A stretch of DNA of 64,000 nt, from positions 231,362 to 295,361 of IMG/VR virus record IMGVR_UViG_3300043418_000072. One strand, given 5' to 3'. Each line of letters starts with the position of its first letter. Positions within the stretch are counted from its first letter, which is position 1. The notes beneath the pieces are model-generated. The model was not told the DNA's origin and did not search any database. It worked only from the letters and a program-made list of their open reading frames with translations. The stretch comes from a virus. Shown here piece after piece: positions 28,567-38,337 of the stretch. Position numbers and translations under genes: made by a program.

Positions 28567-29743
28567 CTGCTGCGGTATATACTACCTTACTGGATCTTTG
28601 TAACATGGTTTGTTTGTCGCCACCGAAGATCATCCCCGATGTGCTAATGAGCATGGGAATGTGTTCAAGGTCTTTAATGGGCTTAACTGTATATATGAAC
28701 TTTGTCTCGGGTGTTATACGTTCTTGTACGCTTTTGCTATTACCAACGTCAATGATTTGTTCTTCTGGGTACAATTCCTTTAATCGTTGGAGCAGACGAA
28801 CACTCAAGTCTGGCTCATAAATTACCACTGGCAAGCGCCCGACCTTTACTGCATAATCTAAGACACTAGCTAAATGATCTTCGTCGATGCCTACATCACT
28901 GTTAATCTTAACTTCGCGGTGACTTGCAATGCGCAGGAATCGTGTACCCCACTCTTGGATCACAGCTTGGCTCAAGTCTTCATCAATGGAGTACCCTAAA
29001 TCGCTAGAGGCATCTACTAGACGTAGCAGATTATCAAATGCAAATCCACCTAGTTTAGTTTCAATATATTCGCGCAGGCTGTCTGGGCAGTTTCTAATGT
29101 CTAGAGATGTACCGTTGCAAAACAACTCAATCGCATATGGCTGTTGTTCAACCTGCTCAATCTTGCCAGTCAACTCTACCACTTCATCGCCTATTGTGAA
29201 TCCATTGGATGCAGCCCACGCATGACAATAGTTTAGATTGTATTCTGTTAGGGCAATATGCCATTGCTTCTTTTCTTTGTCAAATACGCATCGGCCCTGA
29301 CTATCTTTCCTAAAAGCACGTAACCGTTCAATCAAGTCAGTTGAGTATGGAAATTGTAGAACAATAGTGTCATCCTTAATAGTAAGGGACTTGGTGTAAT
29401 CCATCTTACGTAATTTATTTCTCCACACTGGCCGCTCGACAGGACTTACATCAACGCCCTTTGCTGCAAGTTGCCGTTGGTATTTAAGAAGGATCTTACA
29501 AGCCAGTTCGCCCTGTCGTTCAGTTAGTGGCTTAGCTGTATGTGTGGCTTCGCACATGCTGGTCAGCACACTGACATCGTATCTTGCTAGATTGATAATC
29601 GGATCAAAGCTAAACATCCACGAACTTTTGGGCTTGCCAGTGACAACGTCACGGTAGCCAGAAATAACTTCAATGTAATCTTCAACTGTATCGTATTTTT
29701 TCATAGTGCATTGTAGCAGGAACAAATAATTTTTACGAGGCAC
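28514..29743 (-). CDS. hypothetical protein
   Basis: 409-aa ORF. Confidence 0.4.
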   Translation of the reverse strand: MPRKNYLFLLQCTMKKYDTVEDYIEVISGYRDVVTGKPKSSWMFSFDPIINLARYDVSVLTSMCEATHTAKPLTERQGELACKILLKYQRQLAAKGVDVSPVERPVWRNKLRKMDYTKSLTIKDDTIVLQFPYSTDLIERLRAFRKDSQGRCVFDKEKKQWHIALTEYNLNYCHAWAASNGFTIGDEVVELTGKIEQVEQQPYAIELFCNGTSLDIRNCPDSLREYIETKLGGFAFDNLLRLVDASSDLGYSIDEDLSQAVIQEWGTRFLRIASHREVKINSDVGIDEDHLASVLDYAVKVGRLPVVIYEPDLSVRLLQRLKELYPEEQIIDVGNSKSVQERITPETKFIYTVKPIKDLEHIPMLISTSGMIFGGDKQTMLQRSSKVVYTAADVYTKGNTGKKVIKIAG

Positions 29744-29745
29744 AT

Positions 29746-29768
29746 TTAACCATTAAAAAGCCCCTTGC
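29746..29768 (-). terminator. Rho-independent terminator
   Basis: On the minus strand AAGAGCCCCGCAAGGGGCTTTTTAATGG forms a GCCCC-GCAA-GGGGC hairpin followed by TTTTT. Confidence 0.7.
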
Positions 29769-29781
29769 GGGGCTCTTACTC

Positions 29782-30072
29782 TTACTCTGTATCACTGTTA
29801 TGCGCACCAGAGTCTAGGTCTTGCATCAGTCTGCGTTCTTGTGCAGTCCTGCGTTCTTTCTTATTCCACTCATTGCGTCGTGGATTCCCACACATCAAGC
29901 ATCCAGGCGTACCACAGTCCATGGCACGATGTTTAGCAAGTCGATGAGGCTGCTTATCCAACTTGGGATTATAGCTAGAACTCTGCTTGGCAATACGTAA
30001 CTGCCTAGCAATAGTAACATCCGTCTTGTGGCGGCGTCGCGAGTTTAAGAACTTTGCTGTTTCGTTACTCAT
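29782..30072 (-). CDS. small basic Cys-containing protein
   Basis: 96 aa, Arg/Lys-rich, with the Cys pair CGTPGCLMCG. Confidence 0.4.
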   Translation of the reverse strand: MSNETAKFLNSRRRHKTDVTIARQLRIAKQSSSYNPKLDKQPHRLAKHRAMDCGTPGCLMCGNPRRNEWNKKERRTAQERRLMQDLDSGAHNSDTE

Positions 30073-30597
30073 ATTAGCGGCGACTCCAGAACATGTAGTT
30101 TACTACTACAAAGAACGCATCTAGTGCTGCGTTGCCGTAATTGTGCAATGAGAGATTGGCAATACACGACATCAAACATACGCCAATAATGAACCATGTG
30201 ATTTCGCTACTGTACTGTGTGTACCAAAGTTGAAACTTATTCATTTACACACCTTTGCAATATCGTCTGTTGGCATGTGTGCAGCAATGCCTGCTAGCTT
30301 ACACTGACTTTTTTGATAATCAGAATATGCAAGACCCGCAAATGGAACACCCATAACAAAAACCATAGCGATCATAAACCACTTCATATCATCGTCCATA
30401 TCATTCCTCCCAGAATAATTTCATGTTAAAATACCGAGCAACAGGTTTAACTGTTAGTGGCAGTATCAAAGATACGATCCACAGCATTTGAATTAGTTCT
30501 GTTGGGCAGAACTTGTAGTAGATGTTCAACAGGCCCACCCAAAGGTAAACAAAGCCTGTCCAAAAAATATAGTAACCGCCCGAGCGTCCAAATAACT

Positions 30598-30906
30598 TCA
30601 TTTAGTATCTCCGTGTGCTGGCTTGTTCTTTTCATCTCGCCACTCTTGCTCGAGCTGTTCTTTTTCGCGAACAAACCTAACAGTTTCTAGTTCTATCCAG
30701 AACAAGGAGCTGATGGCCGCGATAACCACTACCGTAGCGGTGACCCACGGAAACTGAAATGCAAGTGTACCAACAACAAAACACACCAGTATAACCAACA
30801 TTATATATCCAACAATCTTGGAAATATCCTTAATGCTGTCCCACATGTAGCGCGAAATGTTTTTGACTGCAACTTTTGCATCTTGAAAAAATTCTTTGTA
30901 AATCAT
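30598..30906 (-). CDS. small membrane protein (2 predicted TM helices)
   Basis: 102 aa; hydrophobic stretches IVGYIMLVILVCFVVGTLAF and TATVVVIAAISSLFWI. Confidence 0.4.
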   Translation of the reverse strand: MIYKEFFQDAKVAVKNISRYMWDSIKDISKIVGYIMLVILVCFVVGTLAFQFPWVTATVVVIAAISSLFWIELETVRFVREKEQLEQEWRDEKNKPAHGDTK

Positions 30907-31169
30907 TCTTCAACTCCAAATTCACTTTTGATTGCTTCGTAGCAAAACGTAGCAGCCATTTCTGCTAGATCACGCTTATCATTATCTTCGATAGTAAATA
31001 AGTCTTCTTTAACCTCTGCACAAAGTTTCATACAGTCTAGAGCAATCAACTCGGCGAACTTTTCAATGTCCTTCAAGTTTGCTACAACAGCATGACCATC
31101 GTACCCGTCATATTCCCAAAGAATACTGATGCCAGCCTGCTTGGCAAGTTCTTGAATTCGCTCGTTCAT
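30903..31169 (-). CDS. hypothetical protein
   Basis: 88 aa; stop/start overlap with its neighbours. Confidence 0.4.
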   Translation of the reverse strand: MNERIQELAKQAGISILWEYDGYDGHAVVANLKDIEKFAELIALDCMKLCAEVKEDLFTIEDNDKRDLAEMAATFCYEAIKSEFGVEE

Positions 31170-31534
31170 TTGATCCCCAATGCTGCACGTTCAGTCGGTG
31201 TTAACTTTTCAAGCGCTCGTTCTTTTGCTTCTGCTCCGGCCTTTTCTGCCTGCAACTTTTCGATCTCTTGTGTGATTACTGTGCTGCGACGAAACACTGT
31301 GGTCTTACCCGACTGCTCGGTATAGTTGCGAGTGAATGTAGTGGTATTACCACACTTGGCAATGTAGAAACTCTTGCTTTGGTAACCACGGTCCACATAC
31401 TTAACTTCGCAGCCTTCGTAAATGCCAACTAAGTTGATTGCAGGATTTGCAAGCATTTCTTTTGCTTGATCATCTGTGCGCTCGCTGCAACCCACTAACA
31501 ATACTGCCGCTAAAATACAAATTACTTTTTTCAT
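31166..31534 (-). CDS. Lipoprotein
   Basis: 122 aa; signal peptide plus lipobox MKKVICILAAVLLVGC. Confidence 0.55.
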   Translation of the reverse strand: MKKVICILAAVLLVGCSERTDDQAKEMLANPAINLVGIYEGCEVKYVDRGYQSKSFYIAKCGNTTTFTRNYTEQSGKTTVFRRSTVITQEIEKLQAEKAGAEAKERALEKLTPTERAALGIK

Positions 31535-31565
31535 GTTAACTCCAAAAAGGGCTGAAGCCCTTTCA

Positions 31566-32417
31566 TTATTTGCCCAAGTTAAGCATCATGTCCTTGCCAC
31601 CGTTTACCACAGTGTCGGGCATTTTGCCATTCCACTTTTCAATCCATTGCAACTTAACATAGTTGTCACCGCCTTGGTGTTGAATAGCACTTGCTTGAAT
31701 CTGAATAGCTTCAGCTTCACCTTTAGCCTGTGCAATCCGTGACTTGGCTTCAACTTGAATACGTTCGTAGTCTTGATCTGCTCGCAGTTTGGCCTGTTCT
31801 GCAATCACTTTGGCTTCAATAGAATCTTGGAACGCTTTACTGAACCCAAAGTTAACCAAGCTCACGTTGTTGACCACAATGTTAAATGGTGCTAGCTTTT
31901 CGCTCAGTCGAGCCACAATGTCTGCATTAACTGCATCACGTTTGGTAATCAGTTCTTCACTGGTATAATGCCCAACTGCGGACTTAAACGATTCGTTGAT
32001 TGCTGGACCGAGCACCTTGGTGTCTACATCAAGACCAAACTCTTTGTAAATGTGCGGCACCTTGTTTGGTGTCAAGCGATAGTTGACCACGATGTCTGTA
32101 TGCACTTGTTGAGTGTTTTTAGTGCCAGCACTTGCGTTATTCAAGTTAGCACGTTGAAGTCGAACATCAACATGCTTAACATCTGAAATTGGATTAACAA
32201 ACTGAGCACCCTCATTCAGCACGGTTTGATTAACTTCGCCGAGTGTGATCTGTACACCTACATGACCCGCTGGCACGATAGTGAATGCACTATATACCAC
32301 ACCAGCAGCAAAAATTGCGATGCCTGCTACATTAGCAAGAGTTTTGCGTTGCAAGAACACATGAATTGCGGCAGATGCAACTACTGCCAGCAAGAAGAAA
32401 AATACGATTGAAAACAT
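31566..32417 (-). CDS. SPFH/band-7 domain membrane protein (HflC/prohibitin-like)
   Basis: 283 aa; N-terminal TM helix, then an SPFH-like core and an Ala/Glu/Gln-rich coiled-coil tail (AEQAKLRADQDYERIQVEAKSRIAQAKGEAEAIQIQA). Confidence 0.55.
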   Translation of the reverse strand: MFSIVFFFLLAVVASAAIHVFLQRKTLANVAGIAIFAAGVVYSAFTIVPAGHVGVQITLGEVNQTVLNEGAQFVNPISDVKHVDVRLQRANLNNASAGTKNTQQVHTDIVVNYRLTPNKVPHIYKEFGLDVDTKVLGPAINESFKSAVGHYTSEELITKRDAVNADIVARLSEKLAPFNIVVNNVSLVNFGFSKAFQDSIEAKVIAEQAKLRADQDYERIQVEAKSRIAQAKGEAEAIQIQASAIQHQGGDNYVKLQWIEKWNGKMPDTVVNGGKDMMLNLGK

Positions 32418-32905
32418 TTGGATTATTCCTTTTTATCCGTTGTTGAACTTGCTTTACCTGCTTTGTAACCAGTGTAGATTAAACTACCCACAATCGCTAC
32501 TAAGCCACATGCCATTAAAAACTCTACGATTAAAATCATAAATCATCATCCTCGTCATCAAACCTAAATCCACACTGCTCGAGATCTAAGTCTGCCGGGA
32601 AAGTTAGCACCATGCTAGGTGTACCTTCGTTGCCATACATCATCTCATCCCAGTCCGGACTGTCTTCATCTAGTTTGGCATCAACGATTGCTTTGTTGCG
32701 ATACCAACGCATACCAGCACTACCATCACCATAGTCGCATGTTAGTCCGTAAATTGTTTGGGTCATTTCAAGTCCTCTACGTTAAACCGTTTACGAAGTT
32801 TTGTTGCAAAATAACCTTTAAGGATAACTTCATCAAACATGAAGAACAGTCCAATCAACATTACAAACGTCATTGTAATCATAAAAAGGTCGGCAAACCA
32901 CATAA

Positions 32906-34039
32906 TTAATCCCAGCTTGATGAACTGTCGCTGCTGCTAGAACTATCACTGCTGCTCCAGCTTGAGCTAGAGTCGCTGCTTGAACTAGACCAGCTTGAGC
33001 TACTCTTGCTTGAACTGTCGTCCCAGCTAGAGCTGCGTGATGGTGCAGGTGTGTCCCATGTGCTAGACTTTTCTTCACGGATAGTAGTGTCATCCCATGT
33101 GCTAGACTTGCTAGGAGCAGGAACTTCACGCACAGTTTCACGGATCACAGTGCGCTCAGTGTCATGGTGGTGACCACTGTTGCTCAACATGTTACCAATC
33201 AACACACCAGTCAGCATGTCGTTGCTACCCGAGCTAGTATGCACCACTGTCTGAGTTGGCTGCACTGCTTGAGCTGGGGTGTAGTATCCGCGACCCCTTG
33301 CTTCTGCGGCATCTGCACGAGCTCGGGCTTCTGCTGCTTCTGCACGGGCCTTAGCTACCATTTCTTCTGCAAGTTTTTCTTCTTTGAACTGCTTAACTGT
33401 TTTCAACTTGTCAGGGTTAGCAGGATCGAAACGTTCGTGTCCGTAGTTCTTGTGAGCCTTCAATGCTGCTTCTGCGGCCAGTTCAGCTTTGCGTTCTTCA
33501 TCTTGCTTGGCAAGCATTTCCATGTGTTCACGCTTGCGTATAGCTTCACGTTCTTGACGAAGAGCTTCACGCTTCTCAGCATCAATTTTGTCTTGTGCGT
33601 CTTGGTTTGCTTTACGTTGCATTTCTTTGTGTGCATACCAAATAGCGAAGCCCACTACCCCAATCAGCAAGAGCAACATAACGTTTCGCACAGTATGCGA
33701 TTCCTCAATCGACTCAATCTTCTTAGTTTGCGGAGTAATTGCTTCCTTCAAACTTGCAACACTAGATGCCGGCGCAAAGTCCAACGCAGGGTTCAGCCCT
33801 GTTGCAATGTTAAGCGCCTTTTGTGCTTTTTCTTGATTGCCAAGACCTGCTTGTGCTTGCGCCATTGCATAAAATGCTTTAGCTGACTTGGGATGATTTT
33901 GGATAATCACTTCCAGTCCTTGTGCTGCTGCGGCATATTGTTGCTGCTGGATCAGTCCTTGGATCTGATCAAATGTTGCCTCAGCTTGAGCGGCAATTGC
34001 CATCAAACCAAACGCGAATGCTGCTAGAAACTTTTTCAT
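32906..34039 (-). CDS. Secreted/membrane TPR-like protein with coiled-coil and extreme Ser-rich C-terminus
   Basis: 377 aa; signal peptide MKKFLAAFAFGLMAIAAQA, a TPR-like YAMAQAQAGLGNQEKA segment, an internal TM helix, a charged coiled coil, and a low-complexity SSSWDDSSSKSSSSWSSSSSDSSSSW tail. Confidence 0.5.
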   Translation of the reverse strand: MKKFLAAFAFGLMAIAAQAEATFDQIQGLIQQQQYAAAAQGLEVIIQNHPKSAKAFYAMAQAQAGLGNQEKAQKALNIATGLNPALDFAPASSVASLKEAITPQTKKIESIEESHTVRNVMLLLLIGVVGFAIWYAHKEMQRKANQDAQDKIDAEKREALRQEREAIRKREHMEMLAKQDEERKAELAAEAALKAHKNYGHERFDPANPDKLKTVKQFKEEKLAEEMVAKARAEAAEARARADAAEARGRGYYTPAQAVQPTQTVVHTSSGSNDMLTGVLIGNMLSNSGHHHDTERTVIRETVREVPAPSKSSTWDDTTIREEKSSTWDTPAPSRSSSWDDSSSKSSSSWSSSSSDSSSSWSSSDSSSSSDSSSSWD

Positions 34040-34068
34040 ATATGTCCTTTGTTGCTGTCTATGTGTAT

Positions 34069-34097
34069 ATTATAACACCGTTTTCATTGAATGTCAA
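34069..34097 (-). promoter_or_regulatory. Consensus sigma70 promoter TTGACA-17-TATAAT (minus strand)
   Basis: On the minus strand the sequence TTGACATTCAATGAAAACGGTGTTATAAT is read directly; it lies upstream of ORF 32906..34039. Confidence 0.7.
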
Positions 34098-34350
34098 TGC
34101 CCATGCGCACAATGTCAAGATCTGCGTTTTTGCAGCTGGACCCATCTGGGTACCAAACCAACGACCAACTTGGGGTGTGAAACATGGCTTCTTCGTCCCG
34201 CTTCTCGTTGGCAGGCTTGTATACTAAAGTAGTAATGACCCCATTACGCAACTGCACACGAGTTGGACCAGTAACTTCGCACATACGGCGCAGGCTCATA
34301 GTGAACTCGTTAAACTGACTGCGATTGCGGAACATTGCTTCGTTAATCAT
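34084..34350 (-). CDS. hypothetical small protein
   Basis: 88 aa; preceded by a consensus promoter and an AAAGG ribosome-binding site. Confidence 0.45.
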   Translation of the reverse strand: MINEAMFRNRSQFNEFTMSLRRMCEVTGPTRVQLRNGVITTLVYKPANEKRDEEAMFHTPSWSLVWYPDGSSCKNADLDIVRMGIDIQ

Positions 34351-34376
34351 CGGGTACCTTTTGCTGCTATGTAGTT

Positions 34377-34405
34377 ATTATAACACCAAAATCATTTCGG
34401 GTCAA
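34377..34405 (-). promoter_or_regulatory. Consensus sigma70 promoter TTGACC-17-TATAAT
   Basis: Minus strand: TTGACCCGAAATGATTTTGGTGTTATAAT followed by ...AAAGGTACCCGATG. Confidence 0.7.
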
Positions 34406-34761
34406 GCGTGGCCTTTCCCGAGTACTTCTTCGTTTTTAAGGCGGCGCATCATGTTTTCGTTGCGACGATCTTGTTCTTTGCGGGCACGTTTCTTTTCGTC
34501 GCTAACTTTGTTGAGCATGTCGTAGCCACGAGCCCATTCAATGCCAGTAATCCACACTTGTAACTGTTCAATGGTTCCGCTAAACAACATAGCGTCACGT
34601 GCGTACATGGGCAGTTCTTCATCACGCGGAAATACGCCAACTCGATCTCCGTACTCGCCGCCCCATTGTCCGCCGTGCTTGTCGTGTCCCCAACGCATAC
34701 CCATCTTGTGCAGGGTATCTTCGAGACGCTTAACTTTGAGAACTAAATCGTAACCCGCCAT
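34402..34761 (-). CDS. hypothetical protein
   Basis: 119-aa ORF. Confidence 0.4.
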   Translation of the reverse strand: MAGYDLVLKVKRLEDTLHKMGMRWGHDKHGGQWGGEYGDRVGVFPRDEELPMYARDAMLFSGTIEQLQVWITGIEWARGYDMLNKVSDEKKRARKEQDRRNENMMRRLKNEEVLGKGHA

Positions 34762-34927
34762 TTTTCAGTACCTTCCAAATTTTCTTTGCTTCTTCCTGCG
34801 TTACTTGTTTGCAGGCCTTACTACAGAACTGTGCCCAACCGCGTTTGCGGTCTGCTGTACGTGCTGTAAACAAATTATAACACGTTCGGCAATTATATTG
34901 TGCTGTTTGCCCGCGCATGGTTACCAA
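34730..34927 (-). CDS. small zinc-ribbon protein
   Basis: 65 aa; CRTCYNLF...FCSKACKQ. Confidence 0.35.
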   Translation of the reverse strand: MVTMRGQTAQYNCRTCYNLFTARTADRKRGWAQFCSKACKQVTQEEAKKIWKVLKNGGLRFSSQS

Positions 34928-35250
34928 CTAATCTGAATGCCGTAGTTTTGAATTGTGGGGCCGTTGCCGTTGTCGTCTGCTAGACCTCGTGGAACATATT
35001 TGTCCCCGTCTAACTTAATAACAGCACAATAACCCAATGTTTTGAGTTTGTCTACCACTGCTTGTTGTAAAGGTGTAGTTGTGTGATGTAGGTACTCAAA
35101 CTGCTCCACGCTACCCAGATGGATAAACACATTACGCTTGCCACCTTCGGCAGCTTTTTTCACTCTTTGCTCAACGCTGTGCTTCAAGTAGTCTTCAACT
35201 TCTTGACCACTTTGGTCATACAGTTCTTTGGCTTCTTTTGCAGTAATCAT
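34921..35250 (-). CDS. hypothetical protein
   Basis: 109-aa ORF. Confidence 0.4.
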   Translation of the reverse strand: MITAKEAKELYDQSGQEVEDYLKHSVEQRVKKAAEGGKRNVFIHLGSVEQFEYLHHTTTPLQQAVVDKLKTLGYCAVIKLDGDKYVPRGLADDNGNGPTIQNYGIQISW

Positions 35251-35516
35251 ACAATCTCCACTCGACCTTCGTCAATAAATTTGTCCCATGCTTGGCAGCG
35301 ATATCCGTTGTTGAAACTTTTATACACTGTGCCATCTTTTTTGATTTTCTCAAACTTATAGCTTTGGCGGCGCGGATCTTCTCGATCTTTGCCAACGCAG
35401 CCTAGAGCCCAGATGTTTGTTACACGATATAAACCGGTCTTCCAATCATCGCATTTATGAATGCCAGGAATGACTTCATTGAGTTTACAAACATCACCAA
35501 CTTTAAGTTTAAACAC
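35247..35516 (-). CDS. hypothetical protein
   Basis: 89 aa; coupled to the upstream gene by an overlapping stop/start. Confidence 0.4.
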   Translation of the reverse strand: MFKLKVGDVCKLNEVIPGIHKCDDWKTGLYRVTNIWALGCVGKDREDPRRQSYKFEKIKKDGTVYKSFNNGYRCQAWDKFIDEGRVEIV

Positions 35517-35848
35517 GCCAACTCCTCAGTTGCTGGGATAGAACATGCCAACAATCAGTGCAAGGGCTAGCCAAACACCCACAATCATTGCACACACTTT
35601 AAAAATTGTGATAATGAAAGTTGGAATAGCAAAGGCTGTCATTTCGATATACATTACAGTTTACCTTCCTTGGCCATACGAGCCCACTTGGCTTCAATTC
35701 GTGAACACTGTTCTTCAATTGCATCTTCGCGGCTTTGACCCGGAACAAAGATGTTATAAGCAATGATTGCCAGTCCCATCAACAGGATTGGGCTCAACAT
35801 AATCAGGGCGTTTACGCAGGCTTGCATAATGTTCCTTTACTTACTGTA

Positions 35849-36307
35849 TTAGTCAATTGAACCAGGCAACATTTGTGTCACTTTTTGGATGCCTGTTACG
35901 CACAAGTCAGCCACTTCGCGCACAATAACAAATGCCAGTGCAACCAACAGGAACGGTACACGGATGGCCCAAGCAGCAAACTTGCCAGCGTCTGTTAAAG
36001 CATGGAAGTATGCTTTGCGCTTGTCAGTGTCACCAATTGCTTCGCGCAAGCCATCAACTGTCTTGTAGTCATGCACATAGGTAGCCAACGTGCAGTTAGC
36101 CCCAATGATGGTGTCTTTGTTAACAAAGAACATGCGGAAGTGAGCATAAGCCTTTTGGAACAGGTTAAACTTCACACCGTAAAACTGTTCGCGCCAGCGA
36201 ATGTGCTGTGCTTGAACTTCCATGCGCTTGTCCCACTTTGGATCACGTTGTGTAGTAGTTGTCATTTTCTGCTCCTGTTGTTTGCTTGCTATGTAGTTAT
36301 TATACAA
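35849..36307 (-). CDS. hypothetical protein
   Basis: 152 aa; a consensus promoter lies immediately upstream. Confidence 0.45.
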   Translation of the reverse strand: MYNNYIASKQQEQKMTTTTQRDPKWDKRMEVQAQHIRWREQFYGVKFNLFQKAYAHFRMFFVNKDTIIGANCTLATYVHDYKTVDGLREAIGDTDKRKAYFHALTDAGKFAAWAIRVPFLLVALAFVIVREVADLCVTGIQKVTQMLPGSID

Positions 36308-36327
36308 CCAAAATCATTTCTGGACAA
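36299..36327 (-). promoter_or_regulatory. sigma70-type promoter TTGTCC-17-TATAAT with extended -10 (TGTATAAT)
   Basis: Minus strand: TTGTCCAGAAATGATTTTGGTTGTATAAT. Confidence 0.6.
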
Positions 36328-36601
36328 CCAAATGATCGCCTGTGCCGTCAAAAAACAGGCCTTTTATGTGGGTTTTTTGGCGCATTTCGTGCCCTGTTTT
36401 GTACTGGCTGCACCAGCTTTGGCCCTTGACACCGTGTGTAGTAACGGCGCAGTAGCTATAAGACGCCAAGTAGGGCTCGCCAACTGGGGTTTCTGTGCCA
36501 AATACTTCGTTAATCATTAGCAGCATTAAGAAGCCTACAACAAAAGTAGTAACTAATGTTACAGTCCAAATAATGATTTTAACTTTGGTTTCTACACGCA
36601 T
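36314..36601 (-). CDS. small membrane protein
   Basis: 95 aa; N-terminal TM helix IIIWTVTLVTTFVVGFLMLLMI. Confidence 0.4.
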   Translation of the reverse strand: MRVETKVKIIIWTVTLVTTFVVGFLMLLMINEVFGTETPVGEPYLASYSYCAVTTHGVKGQSWCSQYKTGHEMRQKTHIKGLFFDGTGDHLVVQK

Positions 36602-36626
36602 TGCTGGCCCTTCTTGCTATGTGTAT

Positions 36627-36655
36627 ATTATAGCAAAAGGACCATTTTCGAGCAA
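36627..36655 (-). promoter_or_regulatory. sigma70-type promoter TTGCTC-17-TATAAT
   Basis: Minus strand: TTGCTCGAAAATGGTCCTTTTGCTATAAT. Confidence 0.6.
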
Positions 36656-36685
36656 CCAAAATATCTAATACTCTAGTACTACTTT

Positions 36686-37210
36686 TTAAACTTCCAGTCC
36701 CAACATTTCCAAGCCCATGTTGTGCAGCTCACGGGTGCTTTCGATTGCATCCTCTGTGCTCATTGCTGCAAACGCTTTGGCGTGGAATTCTTCATCGGGC
36801 AGAATCTTTGCAAACACATCGCGAATGTCTTGTGCAATTTCTTCATCTGCTGCTAGTGCTCGGATACGAAGCAAGCGCATGGTTTCGGCGTGATGTCCTG
36901 CCCCTGCAATCTCTTCAAAAGAGTGCAAGTTATCCAGGATAGGTTCCCAATAACGTGTGTCCTTCATTGAAACTTCGGGCAAAGTCATGCCACGATCGGT
37001 TAGCAACTTACCAACCCACTTAGAGTGGGTAAGCTCATCGATTGCAATGTTTTCCAGCACTCGGCCGTATCGGGTAGCACGTTGTTCGTGTGCGAGATCA
37101 GCAATGCGCTCTGCTGCCAAGTATTCGCCAATGTACTGACGTTCAAGCCACTGCTTGAGTTTTGCTGGGTCTGCTTTGACTTGTGATAACCATTGTTTAG
37201 TTGTTTTCAT
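36686..37210 (-). CDS. putative ferritin-like four-helix-bundle protein (diiron-type?)
   Basis: 174 aa, all-helical composition with paired E/H residues (ELTHSKW, EEFHAKA); this is a weak call. Confidence 0.3.
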   Translation of the reverse strand: MKTTKQWLSQVKADPAKLKQWLERQYIGEYLAAERIADLAHEQRATRYGRVLENIAIDELTHSKWVGKLLTDRGMTLPEVSMKDTRYWEPILDNLHSFEEIAGAGHHAETMRLLRIRALAADEEIAQDIRDVFAKILPDEEFHAKAFAAMSTEDAIESTRELHNMGLEMLGLEV

Positions 37211-37219
37211 AGTGTTTCC

Positions 37220-37456
37220 TTATTTGCCCCACATCATTAAAAATCGCCAGATCACCAACTCATACATGGTCTGGCCCTTCATATTGCGTACTCGGCCAAT
37301 ATGAAAGTAACTGGTCTTTTCGTTTTCTCGATCAGTAATCCAAGTCCAACAATCTTCTGCCCACGTGACAGAGAACAAGTAGCCAAAAAGCGTGAAATAC
37401 TTTGGCTCATTCTTGCATGGATATGTGTTGAAATACTCTCTTGCTCGTTCACTCAT
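37220..37456 (-). CDS. hypothetical protein
   Basis: 78-aa ORF. Confidence 0.35.
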   Translation of the reverse strand: MSERAREYFNTYPCKNEPKYFTLFGYLFSVTWAEDCWTWITDRENEKTSYFHIGRVRNMKGQTMYELVIWRFLMMWGK

Positions 37457-37896
37457 GCTAATCCCTCACCATCTTCACCGTTCCACATACGATCCAGAAT
37501 CTCCGGAGTAACCATTGTTATTCCACCGTGCGTGTCCATTGTCACTGCCCACTGGTCGCTGCTAGACTTCCTGGTCCGAGTTCTGCGAGTACCAGTAGAG
37601 ATTCCCAACACCTTACGCTCTTCTGTGGACAGTTTAGCTAGTGCTTCTTCTCTTACACGGGCAACACGCTCTTTTTCCAATCGAGCTGCAAGTTTCCTGG
37701 CTTCGGCTTCTTTGTGCGCCTTCCACCACTCACGCAATTTGTCGTTCTTGAGCAACAAGAGGTCGGCCATACCATTTGCTTCAAGTTCTTCCATTGCCTC
37801 AACAGCAAACTTTTCAAACTTTGATTTGACTGGGCTCCGATCGAACCCGCCCCACTCAACGTCATCATCTTCATTCTCAATATCCCATGATTTCAT
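37453..37896 (-). CDS. hypothetical charged coiled-coil protein
   Basis: 147 aa; a run of minus-strand ORFs with stop/start overlaps, preferred over the Ser-rich antisense ORF 37301..38218. Confidence 0.4.
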   Translation of the reverse strand: MKSWDIENEDDDVEWGGFDRSPVKSKFEKFAVEAMEELEANGMADLLLLKNDKLREWWKAHKEAEARKLAARLEKERVARVREEALAKLSTEERKVLGISTGTRRTRTRKSSSDQWAVTMDTHGGITMVTPEILDRMWNGEDGEGLA

Positions 37897-37899
37897 CGT

Positions 37900-38124
37900 T
37901 TACTCCGCTAATGTGAACAAGAGGAACAAGTCCCGATGTTCGTGTTCAAATGGATTTCGCATGCCGACTGCTAGGTATCCAAATCGTGTATCCATATCGA
38001 TTGTGTCTTGTCCTTTGATCTTGGCTTTGCCGCTAATGGATTCTAGCTCAATGCCATCAGGTAGTTGCTCAAACTCTTTTTCTGTAAAGAGATACAACCT
38101 TGTTTCTGCGTCCCACAAAATCAT
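37900..38124 (-). CDS. hypothetical protein
   Basis: 74-aa ORF. Confidence 0.35.
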   Translation of the reverse strand: MILWDAETRLYLFTEKEFEQLPDGIELESISGKAKIKGQDTIDMDTRFGYLAVGMRNPFEHEHRDLFLLFTLAE

Positions 38125-38337
38125 TTTAATTCCTTATCGGAGGGGTCTTATTGACGTTGCCCCTACGCACACTGCGGGGTTACCCGTGAAGCCAAATCAA
38201 ATCTTCAAGTATGGTTAGCAGATATTCGTCAGACTTTGAATCAAACTCTGCAAACACATGATCTGCACCATGGCTATCTACAAATTCGTCTTCGCCGCCT
38301 ACCAACTCTCTCATTCGGTTAATTACTAGTTCACGCA

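Noticed and set aside
33164-33886. 240-aa plus-strand Cys/Phe-rich ORF
   Set aside because: Antisense to the well-supported signal-peptide/TPR gene 32906..34039; odd composition, no start context.
37301-38218. 305-aa plus-strand ORF, Ser-rich
   Set aside because: Low-complexity, antisense to a run of short minus-strand ORFs that have stop/start overlaps and sit in the promoter-bearing early block; most likely a shadow ORF.
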